DNA of 64,000 nt from an uncultured Elusimicrobia bacterium (GTDB lineage Bacteria; Elusimicrobiota; Elusimicrobia; UBA1565; UBA9628): assembly GCA_903881545.1 (NCBI GenBank), contig CAIRTQ010000007.1, positions 8,417 to 72,416 of the forward strand. Reading direction: 5' to 3'. The position numbers and the translations under genes were made by a program. Under the pieces are notes generated by a model that saw nothing but the letters and a program-made list of their open reading frames with translations, ran no database searches and was not told the origin of the DNA. Below, piece by piece: positions 29,260 through 37,656 of the stretch; within the stretch, counting starts at the first letter, position 1, and the number at the start of each line of letters is the position of its first letter.

Positions 29260-29348
29260 TCTTGAGGCCTCCTGAACCAGAGTCCGTAATCAGTATACCA
29301 GTTTATGGCCGGAGCCGGAGGAGGAGTGCGACCGGTTCCCGGGCCGGT

Positions 29349-30206
29349 TCAGCCCAGCAGGAAGGCCGCGAGGATGTTCTGGGAGACGCGTAGCCGGTAC
29401 TCCGCAGTGGAGCGCACATCATCAATTGGGCAGACATCCTGGCTCATCAGGTTGCAGGCCTGCGCCGTGACCTCGGTCGTCAGGCGCTTGCCTCGCGCGA
29501 ATTCCTCGACCGCGCGCAGGCGCCGGACCGTTGGTGCCATGCTGCCCAGGGCAAAGCGCAGTTCCCGGACCCTGTGGTCGGGCCCCAGCCACAGCAGCCC
29601 CGCCGCAACGGTCTTGGAGATCGCCATGGCCGCGCGCGTGCCCACCTTGCGGAACAGCTGCCGGCGCGGACGGCTGGGCGGGAAGGGGAACTCGATCTCG
29701 GAGACCAGCTCGCCGGGCGCCAGGTTCGTCTTTTTGACTCCAGCGAAGAACTCTGAAAAAGGGATGACCCGTTCGCCTTTGGCGGAGACGACTCTGATCT
29801 GGGCTTCGTAGACGGCCAAAGCCGGGAAGGTGTCGCCCGCGGGAGAGGCGTTGGCGATGTTGCCGCCCAAGGTGCCGCGGTTCTGGATCTGCGCCGCGCC
29901 CACGGCCGCGGCGGCCTGGACCAGCAGCGGGAACTCCCGGCGCACGAAGGCGTCGTCGCGCAGCTCGGCATGGGTGGCCAAGGCGCCGACGCGCAACCCG
30001 GCGGCGGTTTTGCGCACCGCGCGCCACTCGGCCACTCCGGACAGGTCGAGGATGCGGCGGCCGTTGAGCTCCCCCATGTTCCAGAGCACCATCAGGTCGG
30101 TGCCGCCGGCCAGGGGCAGGCAGCCGGGATGTTTGGCGCACAGGATCACGGCCTCGGCCGCGCTGCGCGGCCGGAGCACGGTCATGCTCCCGGGAGAGCC
30201 CCTCAT
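29349..30206 (-). CDS. XDH/CoxM-family FAD-binding subunit
   Basis: LAGGTDLMV and GTLGGNIANASPAGD FAD-binding motifs. ATGA overlap with the upstream 2Fe-2S subunit. Confidence 0.85.
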   Translation of the reverse strand: MRGSPGSMTVLRPRSAAEAVILCAKHPGCLPLAGGTDLMVLWNMGELNGRRILDLSGVAEWRAVRKTAAGLRVGALATHAELRDDAFVRREFPLLVQAAAAVGAAQIQNRGTLGGNIANASPAGDTFPALAVYEAQIRVVSAKGERVIPFSEFFAGVKKTNLAPGELVSEIEFPFPPSRPRRQLFRKVGTRAAMAISKTVAAGLLWLGPDHRVRELRFALGSMAPTVRRLRAVEEFARGKRLTTEVTAQACNLMSQDVCPIDDVRSTAEYRLRVSQNILAAFLLG

Positions 30207-30673
30207 CGCTTCCGGCTCCTGGGCTTGGGCCGCGGCGCTTTGGCTACGGACTCCACGATGGTCTGATAGCCGGTGCAGCGGCAAAGATGGCCGGACAAGG
30301 CCCGGCGGATCGCCAGCGGGTCGCCGGCCGTGGACTTGGGCAAGACCGAGGCGGTCATGAGCACGCCCGGCGTGCAGAATCCGCATTGGGCGCCGCCGTG
30401 TTCCAGGAAGGAGGACTGCAAGGGGCCCAGGCGCTGCTCGCGCCCCAGGCTTTCCACGGTCTCGATCCGGCGGCCTTCCATTTGGCAGACCGGGACCAGG
30501 CAGCTGGTCACGGGCTTGCGGTCCACGAGCACGGTGCAGGCCCCGCATTCGCCCTCGCCGCAGCCTTCCTTGGTGCCGGTCAGGCCGAAGTCCTCGCGCA
30601 GCACGTCGATGAGGCGCTTGAATGGGGGGCCCTTGTAGGCGCGCTTGCGGCCGTTGACCGTGAAGGAGATCAT
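30203..30673 (-). CDS. XDH/CoxS-family [2Fe-2S] subunit
   Basis: 156 aa. CGEGECGACTV and QCGFCTPG...CRCTGY cluster motifs. This is only the 3' part of the 839-aa track ORF. Confidence 0.9.
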   Translation of the reverse strand: MISFTVNGRKRAYKGPPFKRLIDVLREDFGLTGTKEGCGEGECGACTVLVDRKPVTSCLVPVCQMEGRRIETVESLGREQRLGPLQSSFLEHGGAQCGFCTPGVLMTASVLPKSTAGDPLAIRRALSGHLCRCTGYQTIVESVAKAPRPKPRSRKR

Positions 30674-32901
30674 TTCGTTTTCTCCGCGTTCCGGAACTTC
30701 CCGCAGATGTTTTCGGGCAAGACCGGTATCTCGCTGAACCAGAAGCCCGTCGCGTCGTGGATCGCCGCCACCACGGCCGGGGCCGGGACGTCCATGGGCA
30801 TCTCGCCGAGCCCTTTGGCGCCGTGCGGGCCGCGCGAATAGGGCTCCTCGACCAGGAGGACCTCCATGGGCGGGGCGTCGGCGAAGCTCGGGATGATGTA
30901 GTTGGTGAACTGGGAGTTGCGCATCCAGCCGCCCTGGAACTCGGCGCGCTCGAAGAGCGCGTAGCCCAGGGCCTGTAGTGTGCCGCCCATGATCTGGCCC
31001 TTGGCCAGCGCGGGGTTGATGGCCTTGCCGATGTCCTGCGCCGTGGTGACCCGGCGCACGCGCACCTCGTAGGTGAGCCGGTCCACCTCCAGGTCCACCG
31101 CGACGGCGGCGTAGCTGAACACGCCGTAGGCCTCGCCGCGGTAGAGGCTGTCGTCCCAGGTGATGTCCGCGGGCTTCTCGTAGGCGACCTCGAAGCGCAG
31201 CTCCTGCCGGCCGCCGCAGAGGGCCGCGGCCGCCTTCTTCAAGGCGGCGCGGGTCCGGGGCGCACGGCCTCCGGCCTGGGCCAAAGCGTCCTTGAGCTGG
31301 CCGGCCGCGCGCTCGATCAGGCCGCCGATGACCATGGTGGTGCGGCTGGCGACCGTGGGGCCGCTGTTGGGGACCAGGGCCGTGTCCGGCACCTCGACCT
31401 CGATGAGCCCCGGGGGCAGGCCCAGGGCCTGGGCCGCGATCTGCGTGAAGATGGTGATGGCTCCCTGCCCCAGGTCCGTGGAGGCGGCTAGGATACGGAC
31501 GGCGCCGCTCTTGGTCAAGGCCACGGCGGCGCGGCTGGCGAGCGTTACCTCGCCGCTGCCCGTGAAGCCCGCGCCGTGCGGGCACAGGGCTATTCCGATG
31601 CCGCGCCAGGTGGGGTTGCCTTTCCGGGAGTTCCAGCGCGCGTAGAGCTGGCGCTTGCGCAGGTAGTGGCCCCTCCGGGCGCAGAGCTCCAGGCACTTGA
31701 GGGCGCCCACGCTCTCTTGGAGCTTCTGGCCCGTGGCGGTCACGGCACCCACGCGCCAGGCGTTGCGGCGGCGCAGTTCTAGAGAATCGAGGCTCAAGGC
31801 GGCCGCGATCTTCTCCATCTGGAGTTCCGCAGCGAAGATGGTCTGGGGCACTCCGAAGCCGCGGAAGGCGCCGTTGGGGGGAGTGTTGGTCGCGACCACC
31901 GAGGCGCGCACCCGCACGTTGGGGCACTCGTAAGCGCCGGTCGCGTGCAAGGTGCCGCGCGAGAGGACGACCCCGGAGCAGGTGGCGAAGGCTCCCCCGT
32001 CCATCACTACCTCGATGTCCTGGGCCAAAAGCCGGCCGTCCTTGGACACGCCGGTCTTGTGGCGCACCACGGCGGGGTGCCGTTTGGTGGTGGCGGACAT
32101 GTCCTCCTGGCGGTCGTAGATGAGCTTGACCGGCCGTCCGGACTTCAGCGCCAGCAGCGCGGCGTGGCCGGCGATGACCGAGGGATAGTCTTCCTTGCCG
32201 CCGAAGGCTCCGCCCGTGACCGCGTTGATGACCCGGACGCGCTCCGGGGGGAGGGCGAAGGTTTTGACCAGGGCCTTGTGCACGTAGTAGGGGCACTGCA
32301 GGGATCCGTGGACCACGATGGTGCCGTCGGGCTCCACCCAGGAGGCGATGCCGTGGTTCTCGATATAGGCCTGCTCCTGGTGGGGCACCCGGTATTCGCC
32401 CTCCACGATGCGGTCGGCCTGGGCGAATCCTTGCGCGAGGTCGCCCTTTTCGATGAGGTGCCTCTTGAAGACATTGTCCTCGCCGCGCAGGAGCTGTTTC
32501 TTGGCCAGGGAATCGGCGATGGACAGGACGGGCTCGCGCTCCTCGTATTCGACCTTGATGTGCTTGAGGGCCTCGTAGGCCCGCGCGCGGTCGGGATGGC
32601 CCACGATGAGGATGGCCTGCATGGGATGCATGACCAGGTCTTCGGTGAGCAGGGGCTGGTCGGCCTCGATAAAGAGGACATTGTTGGTCCCGGGGATGTC
32701 CGCGGCGCGGGCCACGACGCATTCGTCCCAGGGGAAGGTCGGCGCGAAGTTAATCTTGGTGATGCGCCCGTAGGCGATGGCGGTGCGCAGAGTGGCGCCG
32801 TGCAGACAGCCGGGCAGCCGGTAGTCATCGATGTACTTGGCCGTGCCGGAGAGTTTCTGGGGCGCGTCCGCGCGCTTGAGGCTGGCGCCAATCTGGAGCA
32901 T
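30670..32901 (-). CDS. XDH-family molybdopterin-binding large subunit
   Basis: GTAKYIDDY, GGAFGGKE and AFRGFGVPQ motifs. The likely start MLQIGASLKR is at 32901 (the track start is 32955). Confidence 0.9.
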   Translation of the reverse strand: MLQIGASLKRADAPQKLSGTAKYIDDYRLPGCLHGATLRTAIAYGRITKINFAPTFPWDECVVARAADIPGTNNVLFIEADQPLLTEDLVMHPMQAILIVGHPDRARAYEALKHIKVEYEEREPVLSIADSLAKKQLLRGEDNVFKRHLIEKGDLAQGFAQADRIVEGEYRVPHQEQAYIENHGIASWVEPDGTIVVHGSLQCPYYVHKALVKTFALPPERVRVINAVTGGAFGGKEDYPSVIAGHAALLALKSGRPVKLIYDRQEDMSATTKRHPAVVRHKTGVSKDGRLLAQDIEVVMDGGAFATCSGVVLSRGTLHATGAYECPNVRVRASVVATNTPPNGAFRGFGVPQTIFAAELQMEKIAAALSLDSLELRRRNAWRVGAVTATGQKLQESVGALKCLELCARRGHYLRKRQLYARWNSRKGNPTWRGIGIALCPHGAGFTGSGEVTLASRAAVALTKSGAVRILAASTDLGQGAITIFTQIAAQALGLPPGLIEVEVPDTALVPNSGPTVASRTTMVIGGLIERAAGQLKDALAQAGGRAPRTRAALKKAAAALCGGRQELRFEVAYEKPADITWDDSLYRGEAYGVFSYAAVAVDLEVDRLTYEVRVRRVTTAQDIGKAINPALAKGQIMGGTLQALGYALFERAEFQGGWMRNSQFTNYIIPSFADAPPMEVLLVEEPYSRGPHGAKGLGEMPMDVPAPAVVAAIHDATGFWFSEIPVLPENICGKFRNAEKTK

Positions 32902-32908
32902 GGCGGCC

Positions 32909-33685
32909 CTAGCCCCGGCAATAGTCCACGGCGTTGCGGAACAGCTCGAGGCCAACGCCGGCCTTGACGAAGGTCTGCCGAGTCCAGTTGGGATGCTGGA
33001 ACTTGGAGATGTAGCGCTCCGGGTGGGGCATCAGGCCCAGGCAGTTGCCCTCGGGGTTGCTCAGGGCCGCGATGTTGAAGACCGAGCCGTTGGGGTTGGC
33101 CGGATAGCCCGCGAGCTTGCCGTCGTCGGAGACATACTGCATGGCGATGGACTTGTTCTTCTTGAGGTCCTCGAGCTGGCGGGGGGAGCGCAGGACGAGC
33201 TTGCCCTCCCCGTGCGCCACCGGCAGTTCGATCATCTCGGGCAGGCCCTTGAAGAACAGGCACGAGCTCTGCGTGTTGAGGCGCAGATGGACCCAGCGCG
33301 CCTCGAAGAGTCCGGAGTCATTGGCGGTGAAGCCTGCGGTCTGCTCGCTGGCGTGCGCCACGGGCAGCAGCCCCGTCTTGACCAGGGCTTGGAAGCCGTT
33401 GCTGATGCCCAGCACGGGTCGGCCCAGGCGCACGAAATTGCGCAGCTCCTTGATATGGAGTTTGAGCTGGTTGGCGAGTATGCGGCCCGCGCCCAGGTCG
33501 TCGCCGTAGGAATAGCCGCCGGGCAGGACCAGGATGTCGTAATCCATGAGCCGCGCGCGGCCGGCGCGGATGAGGTCGATGTGGACGCGTTCGGGCGCTC
33601 CCCCGGCCTGAGTGCAGGCGTCAGCGGTCTCTAGGTCGCAGTTCGTGCCCGCGGCCCGCAGGACGAGTATGCGGGGCTTCTTCAC
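32909..33685 (-). CDS. purQ: Phosphoribosylformylglycinamidine synthase I (glutaminase subunit)
   Basis: VKKPRILVLRAAGTNCDLE..., PGGYSYGDD and MPHPER. The GTG start overlaps the purL stop (GTGA). Confidence 0.9.
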   Translation of the reverse strand: MKKPRILVLRAAGTNCDLETADACTQAGGAPERVHIDLIRAGRARLMDYDILVLPGGYSYGDDLGAGRILANQLKLHIKELRNFVRLGRPVLGISNGFQALVKTGLLPVAHASEQTAGFTANDSGLFEARWVHLRLNTQSSCLFFKGLPEMIELPVAHGEGKLVLRSPRQLEDLKKNKSIAMQYVSDDGKLAGYPANPNGSVFNIAALSNPEGNCLGLMPHPERYISKFQHPNWTRQTFVKAGVGLELFRNAVDYCRG

Positions 33686-36033
33686 CCGAGCCTCCCCGGT
33701 AAGGCGTCCTGCCAGGCGCTCTTGAGTGTGCTCAGGGCGGATTCCATGACTACGCGGCCGTCGAGGCCCGCGACCTTGAGCACGGGATTGGCCATGGTCG
33801 CTCCCACGCGCTTGGCCGGCAGCCCGCGCAGGGCCTTGAGCAAGGCCGCCTCGCGGTCCGGGGCGACTTCCAGCAGGATGCGGCTGGCGCTCTCCGAGAA
33901 GAGCAGGACCGCGTCTGAGTAGATGGCCGACCGGCGCGGCACCTTGTCCAGGTCCAGGGCCGCCCCGAATCCGCCGGTGAAGCACATTTCCGCGGCGGCG
34001 ACTCCTAGTCCCCCATCGGACAGGTCATGCGCGGATAGGGCCAGGCCCTTGGCCAGGGCCGCCTGGACGCCTTTGAACATGGCTGCGGCGGCGCGCGGGT
34101 CAGCCGCGGGAGCGGCGCAGCCGAAGCAGCGGCCGCAAATCTGATGGAACAGAGAGCCGCCGAGTTCCTCGGCGGTCGAGCCTACGAGGTAGAGGGCGTT
34201 GCCCGGCCCCTTGATGTCCATGGTCAGGGACTTGCGCACGTCGGCGACCGGGGCCAGGGCGCTGACCAGCAAGGTGCCGGGGATTGCCAGGGTCTTGCCC
34301 GAAGCGTCCGCGGACTGGTTGCGCAGGATTTCCTGGCATGAGATGAAGGGCACGCCGAGGCCCAGGGCAGCGTCGCGGCAGCCTTCCGCGGCGCGCACCA
34401 GGGCGCCCAGTTGTTCCGGGTCGTCCGGATCGGCCCAGCAGAAATTCCCCAGCAAGGCGGCGCGTGAGACGTCCGCACCCACGCAGAGCAGGTTGCGCAA
34501 GGCCTCGTCCGCGCAGGCCAGTGCCATGCGGTAGGGGTCAAGGCGTCCGTAGGCCGGATTGAGGCCATGGCCGACAGCGAAGCCCTGGAAATCGTCAGAG
34601 TCGCCGGTGGCGGCGTGGGGCCAGATGACGCAGGCGTCCCCCGGGCCGTCGTGGCGGCTGCCCTGTAGGGGCTTGACGACCGTGCCGCCCTGCACCTCGT
34701 GGTCGTACTGGCGGATGACCCATTCCCGGCTGCAGACGTTGAGATGGGCTAGGCCTTCGGTCAGAATCTGGTCCAAGCCCTTTTCGCGCGCCGGAGCTTT
34801 GGCGCCGGCCGGCTTGGGCGCGGTCCAGACCGCGGCCTTTTCCGCGCGGGGCAGACCGCGGCTGAGGAATCCTAGGTCCAAATCCACCACCGGGGTCCCG
34901 GCATGGGTCACCACGAGGCGGCCCGTGTCCGTGAATTCGCCCAGGACCGCGGTCTCGCAGCCTTCCGCCGCGCAGGCCTGCGCAAAGGCGTCGAGGCCGC
35001 GCGGCGGCACGGCGAAGAGCAATCGCTCCTGCGACTCGGAGAGCCATATCTCCAACGGCGCCAAGTCGGGGGCCTTGAGCGGGGCTTTTTCCAAGGAGAT
35101 GCGCGCCCCGCGCCCGCCCGCAAGCGCGGCGACGGCCGCGGCGAAGCCGCCAGCGCCGCAGGCGGTCACAGCCCGGAAGAGCTTGCGGTCGCGGGCGGCA
35201 AGCAGGGCGTCCAAGAGCCTCTTGCCGTTGAGCGCGTGCCCCACCTGGACGGCGGAAGCGTCGTTTCCGTCCGGGCCGGCGCCCGGCGTTCGGCGCAAGC
35301 CGTCTCGTCCGGTGCGGCCGCCGGCCGCCGCGATGAGGTCTCCGGCCTTGGCCTCCTTGCGCACTGCCCAAGCGGGCAGCAGGCCCACGGTGCCGCAGAA
35401 GACCAGGGGGTTGAGGCGGTAGGCGTCGTCGAACCACAGTCCGCCCGCAGCCGTGGGGATACCCATGCGGTTGCCGTAGTCGCGCACCCCGGAGACCACG
35501 CTGCCGAGGATGCGGCGCGGGTGCCGGACCGTGTCAGGCAGGGGGCCGGCATAGTCGGGAGGCGCGACGCAGAGGTGGTCGGTGTTGAGGACCGGCCGCG
35601 CGCCCAGGCCGGCGGCTATCACGTCGCGGATGACGCCGCCCACGCCGGTCTCGGCCCCGCCGTGGGGTTCGATGGCGCAGGAGTGGCTGTGGGCTTCTAC
35701 CTTGAAGGCCAGTGCCCATTTCGGGCCGAAGGCCACGATGCCCGCGCCGTCCTGGAAGGTGGAGAGGCACCAGGCCCGGTTGAGCCGGCGTGAGGCTTTG
35801 ACGATGGTCTCGTCGAGGAGGTTCTTGAAGCGGCGGGTCTTGCGGCCGTCGTTGAAGCGGACCGGGCCGGCGAAGGTCCGGCTCCGGCAGGGCTCGGACC
35901 AGGCGCGGGCCAAGGTCTCCAGCTCGGCCGGGGTGGGCTCGCGCCGCAGGGTGCGGAAATGGGCTTGCACCGCAGCAAGCTCGGCCGCATCGAGGGCGGC
36001 GGGTGCCCGGTTCTTCTGGGCGGGGGGGGGCAT
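33682..36033 (-). CDS. purL: Phosphoribosylformylglycinamidine synthase II
   Basis: About 783 aa with an AIR-synthase-like duplicated fold (ESHSH-type AHSHS motif, GVGGVIRD). The ATG overlaps the purS stop (TGATG) and is followed by a C9 tract. Confidence 0.9.
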   Translation of the reverse strand: MPPPAQKNRAPAALDAAELAAVQAHFRTLRREPTPAELETLARAWSEPCRSRTFAGPVRFNDGRKTRRFKNLLDETIVKASRRLNRAWCLSTFQDGAGIVAFGPKWALAFKVEAHSHSCAIEPHGGAETGVGGVIRDVIAAGLGARPVLNTDHLCVAPPDYAGPLPDTVRHPRRILGSVVSGVRDYGNRMGIPTAAGGLWFDDAYRLNPLVFCGTVGLLPAWAVRKEAKAGDLIAAAGGRTGRDGLRRTPGAGPDGNDASAVQVGHALNGKRLLDALLAARDRKLFRAVTACGAGGFAAAVAALAGGRGARISLEKAPLKAPDLAPLEIWLSESQERLLFAVPPRGLDAFAQACAAEGCETAVLGEFTDTGRLVVTHAGTPVVDLDLGFLSRGLPRAEKAAVWTAPKPAGAKAPAREKGLDQILTEGLAHLNVCSREWVIRQYDHEVQGGTVVKPLQGSRHDGPGDACVIWPHAATGDSDDFQGFAVGHGLNPAYGRLDPYRMALACADEALRNLLCVGADVSRAALLGNFCWADPDDPEQLGALVRAAEGCRDAALGLGVPFISCQEILRNQSADASGKTLAIPGTLLVSALAPVADVRKSLTMDIKGPGNALYLVGSTAEELGGSLFHQICGRCFGCAAPAADPRAAAAMFKGVQAALAKGLALSAHDLSDGGLGVAAAEMCFTGGFGAALDLDKVPRRSAIYSDAVLLFSESASRILLEVAPDREAALLKALRGLPAKRVGATMANPVLKVAGLDGRVVMESALSTLKSAWQDALPGRLG

Positions 36034-36554
36034 CAACGGTCCTCGTGCACGAGGATGAGGTGGATGGAGGGATTGGCCAGCGATCGGGCGACGGCCTTGT
36101 CCAGCTGGCCGCGGCCGCACTTGGCCGCGATGTGATAGGCCAGGCCGCAGCGCACTGCCACCTCAGGCATGCCCAGGTCGCCTAGGGCCGCGCGTACGCT
36201 TTCGGCGGCGGTGTCGGCGACCGCGGGCTTGAGCCACACCTCCACGCGCCAGCGCTCGGCGCTGTTGGGCGAGGCCGCCGCGGCGCCGTGGCAGAGCCGG
36301 AACTCCTGGGTCACGCAATCGCAGAGGAGCTCCCGGACGGCGACATGCACATGGCCGAGGTTGAGGGGGCCGCGCAGGTCGTAGAGCCGTCCCACGCGCA
36401 CGCCGCGGGCCGCGGCGATGCCGGCGTCGTGGAGCATCCGGAGGGCGGTCAAGCCGGCGGCATCGGCGAACTCGGGCTTGAGGTTGACCTCTACGACATA
36501 GCTGCCAAGGGAGGAGGGCGCTTTGGCGGCGAGAAGGCCAGGTTTATCGCTCAT
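36033..36554 (-). CDS. purS: PurS, tandem-duplicated (two PurS-like halves in one polypeptide)
   Basis: 173 aa, about twice the usual 80-aa PurS. Both halves carry the V.V.LKP.V.D..G pattern (VVEVNLKPEFADAAG and VEVWLKPAVADTAAE). Located upstream of purL. Confidence 0.7.
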   Translation of the reverse strand: MSDKPGLLAAKAPSSLGSYVVEVNLKPEFADAAGLTALRMLHDAGIAAARGVRVGRLYDLRGPLNLGHVHVAVRELLCDCVTQEFRLCHGAAAASPNSAERWRVEVWLKPAVADTAAESVRAALGDLGMPEVAVRCGLAYHIAAKCGRGQLDKAVARSLANPSIHLILVHEDR

Positions 36555-36719
36555 AGCTCAGAATCCTTTTGCCATCGCCTCCGCGTTCCGGCTAAGCGAA
36601 TTGGAACAATAGAGAATTTATCAATTTTAGAGTGAGGGCGCAACTAAATGGACTCGGTAATTCTGGAATATATCGAGCCAAGCGCCGTCTCGCGAATGAT
36701 ATGATAGTGTCAGATCGAA

Positions 36720-37652
36720 ATGGATATTACCAGAAAGGGATTGCTCAAGCTCGGCCTGTCGGCGGTGGCTGGCGGGCTGCTGCCTCCTTTGCTGCGCCGG
36801 CCTCTCCTGGGCCGGGAGAAAGAGACGCCCCGGCCGGCCTTCCCGGACCTGGTCGCGGTGCGCGACGATTCTCCGGCCCGGATGTTCGACGCCGGCATCC
36901 GGGCCTTGGGCGGGCTTGAGCGCTTCGTTAAGAAGGGCCAGAGCGTCCTGGTCAAGCCCAACATCGGCTGGGACAAGACTCCCAGCGAGGGCGCCACCAC
37001 CAATCCCGACCTTGTGGGGCGCATCGTGGCCGCGGCTTACGAAGCTGGCGCCCGGAAAGTCTATTGTTTTGACCATACCTGCAACCGCGAGGAAGACTGC
37101 TACTTGCGCTCCGGCATCGCCGCGGCCGTCAAGAAGAACGGCGGCGAGATGCGCTCGGGAGCCGACCGGAAGTCCTACCGCCAGGCCGCCATTCCCGGTG
37201 CGCAGGTGCTCAAGGGTGCCCTGGTCCACACCCTCTTTCTCGACTGTGACGTCGTCATCAACGCGCCCGTCCTCAAGAGTCATGGCGGGGGCCGTATGAC
37301 TGCGGCCTTGAAGAACCACATGGGAGTGGTCTGGGACCGCCGCTATTGGCACGGCAACGGCCTGCATCGTTGCATCGCGGAATTCCCGCTGCTACGCAAG
37401 CCTGACCTCAATGTGGTGGACGCTTTCCTGGTCATGATGGAGAACGGCCCCTACGGCGGCACCACCGACGACCTCGACATGAAGAAGATGCAGCTCTTGT
37501 CCGCGGACCCGGTGCTCGCGGACACCGCGGCCGCGAAAGTCCTGGGCCGGGCGCCCGAGAGCATCCCTTACCTGAAGTTGGCGGCGGAGCTGGGCTTGGG
37601 CAGCATGGATATCGACCGCGCCGCCGTCAAACGCGTCTCCTTGAAGGTCTAG
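36720..37652 (+). CDS. DUF362-like protein with Tat-like (RK variant) signal peptide
   Basis: MDITRKGLLKLGLSAVAGG... N-terminus. VLVKPNIGWD and VINAPVLKSHG are motifs typical of DUF362. Confidence 0.7.
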   Translation: MDITRKGLLKLGLSAVAGGLLPPLLRRPLLGREKETPRPAFPDLVAVRDDSPARMFDAGIRALGGLERFVKKGQSVLVKPNIGWDKTPSEGATTNPDLVGRIVAAAYEAGARKVYCFDHTCNREEDCYLRSGIAAAVKKNGGEMRSGADRKSYRQAAIPGAQVLKGALVHTLFLDCDVVINAPVLKSHGGGRMTAALKNHMGVVWDRRYWHGNGLHRCIAEFPLLRKPDLNVVDAFLVMMENGPYGGTTDDLDMKKMQLLSADPVLADTAAAKVLGRAPESIPYLKLAAELGLGSMDIDRAAVKRVSLKV

Positions 37653-37656
37653 AACC

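Noticed and set aside
30674-32722. The 5' 683 codons of the 839-aa track ORF 30203-32722 (minus strand).
   Set aside because: This is an out-of-frame read through the XDH large-subunit gene. Only the last 156 codons (30203-30673), starting at MISFTVNGRK, form the genuine 2Fe-2S subunit.
36555-36719. Possible purine or ZTP riboswitch upstream of purS.
   Set aside because: I could not find the conserved purine-aptamer or pfl/ZTP core sequences on the minus strand. The spacer looks like a plain divergent promoter region.
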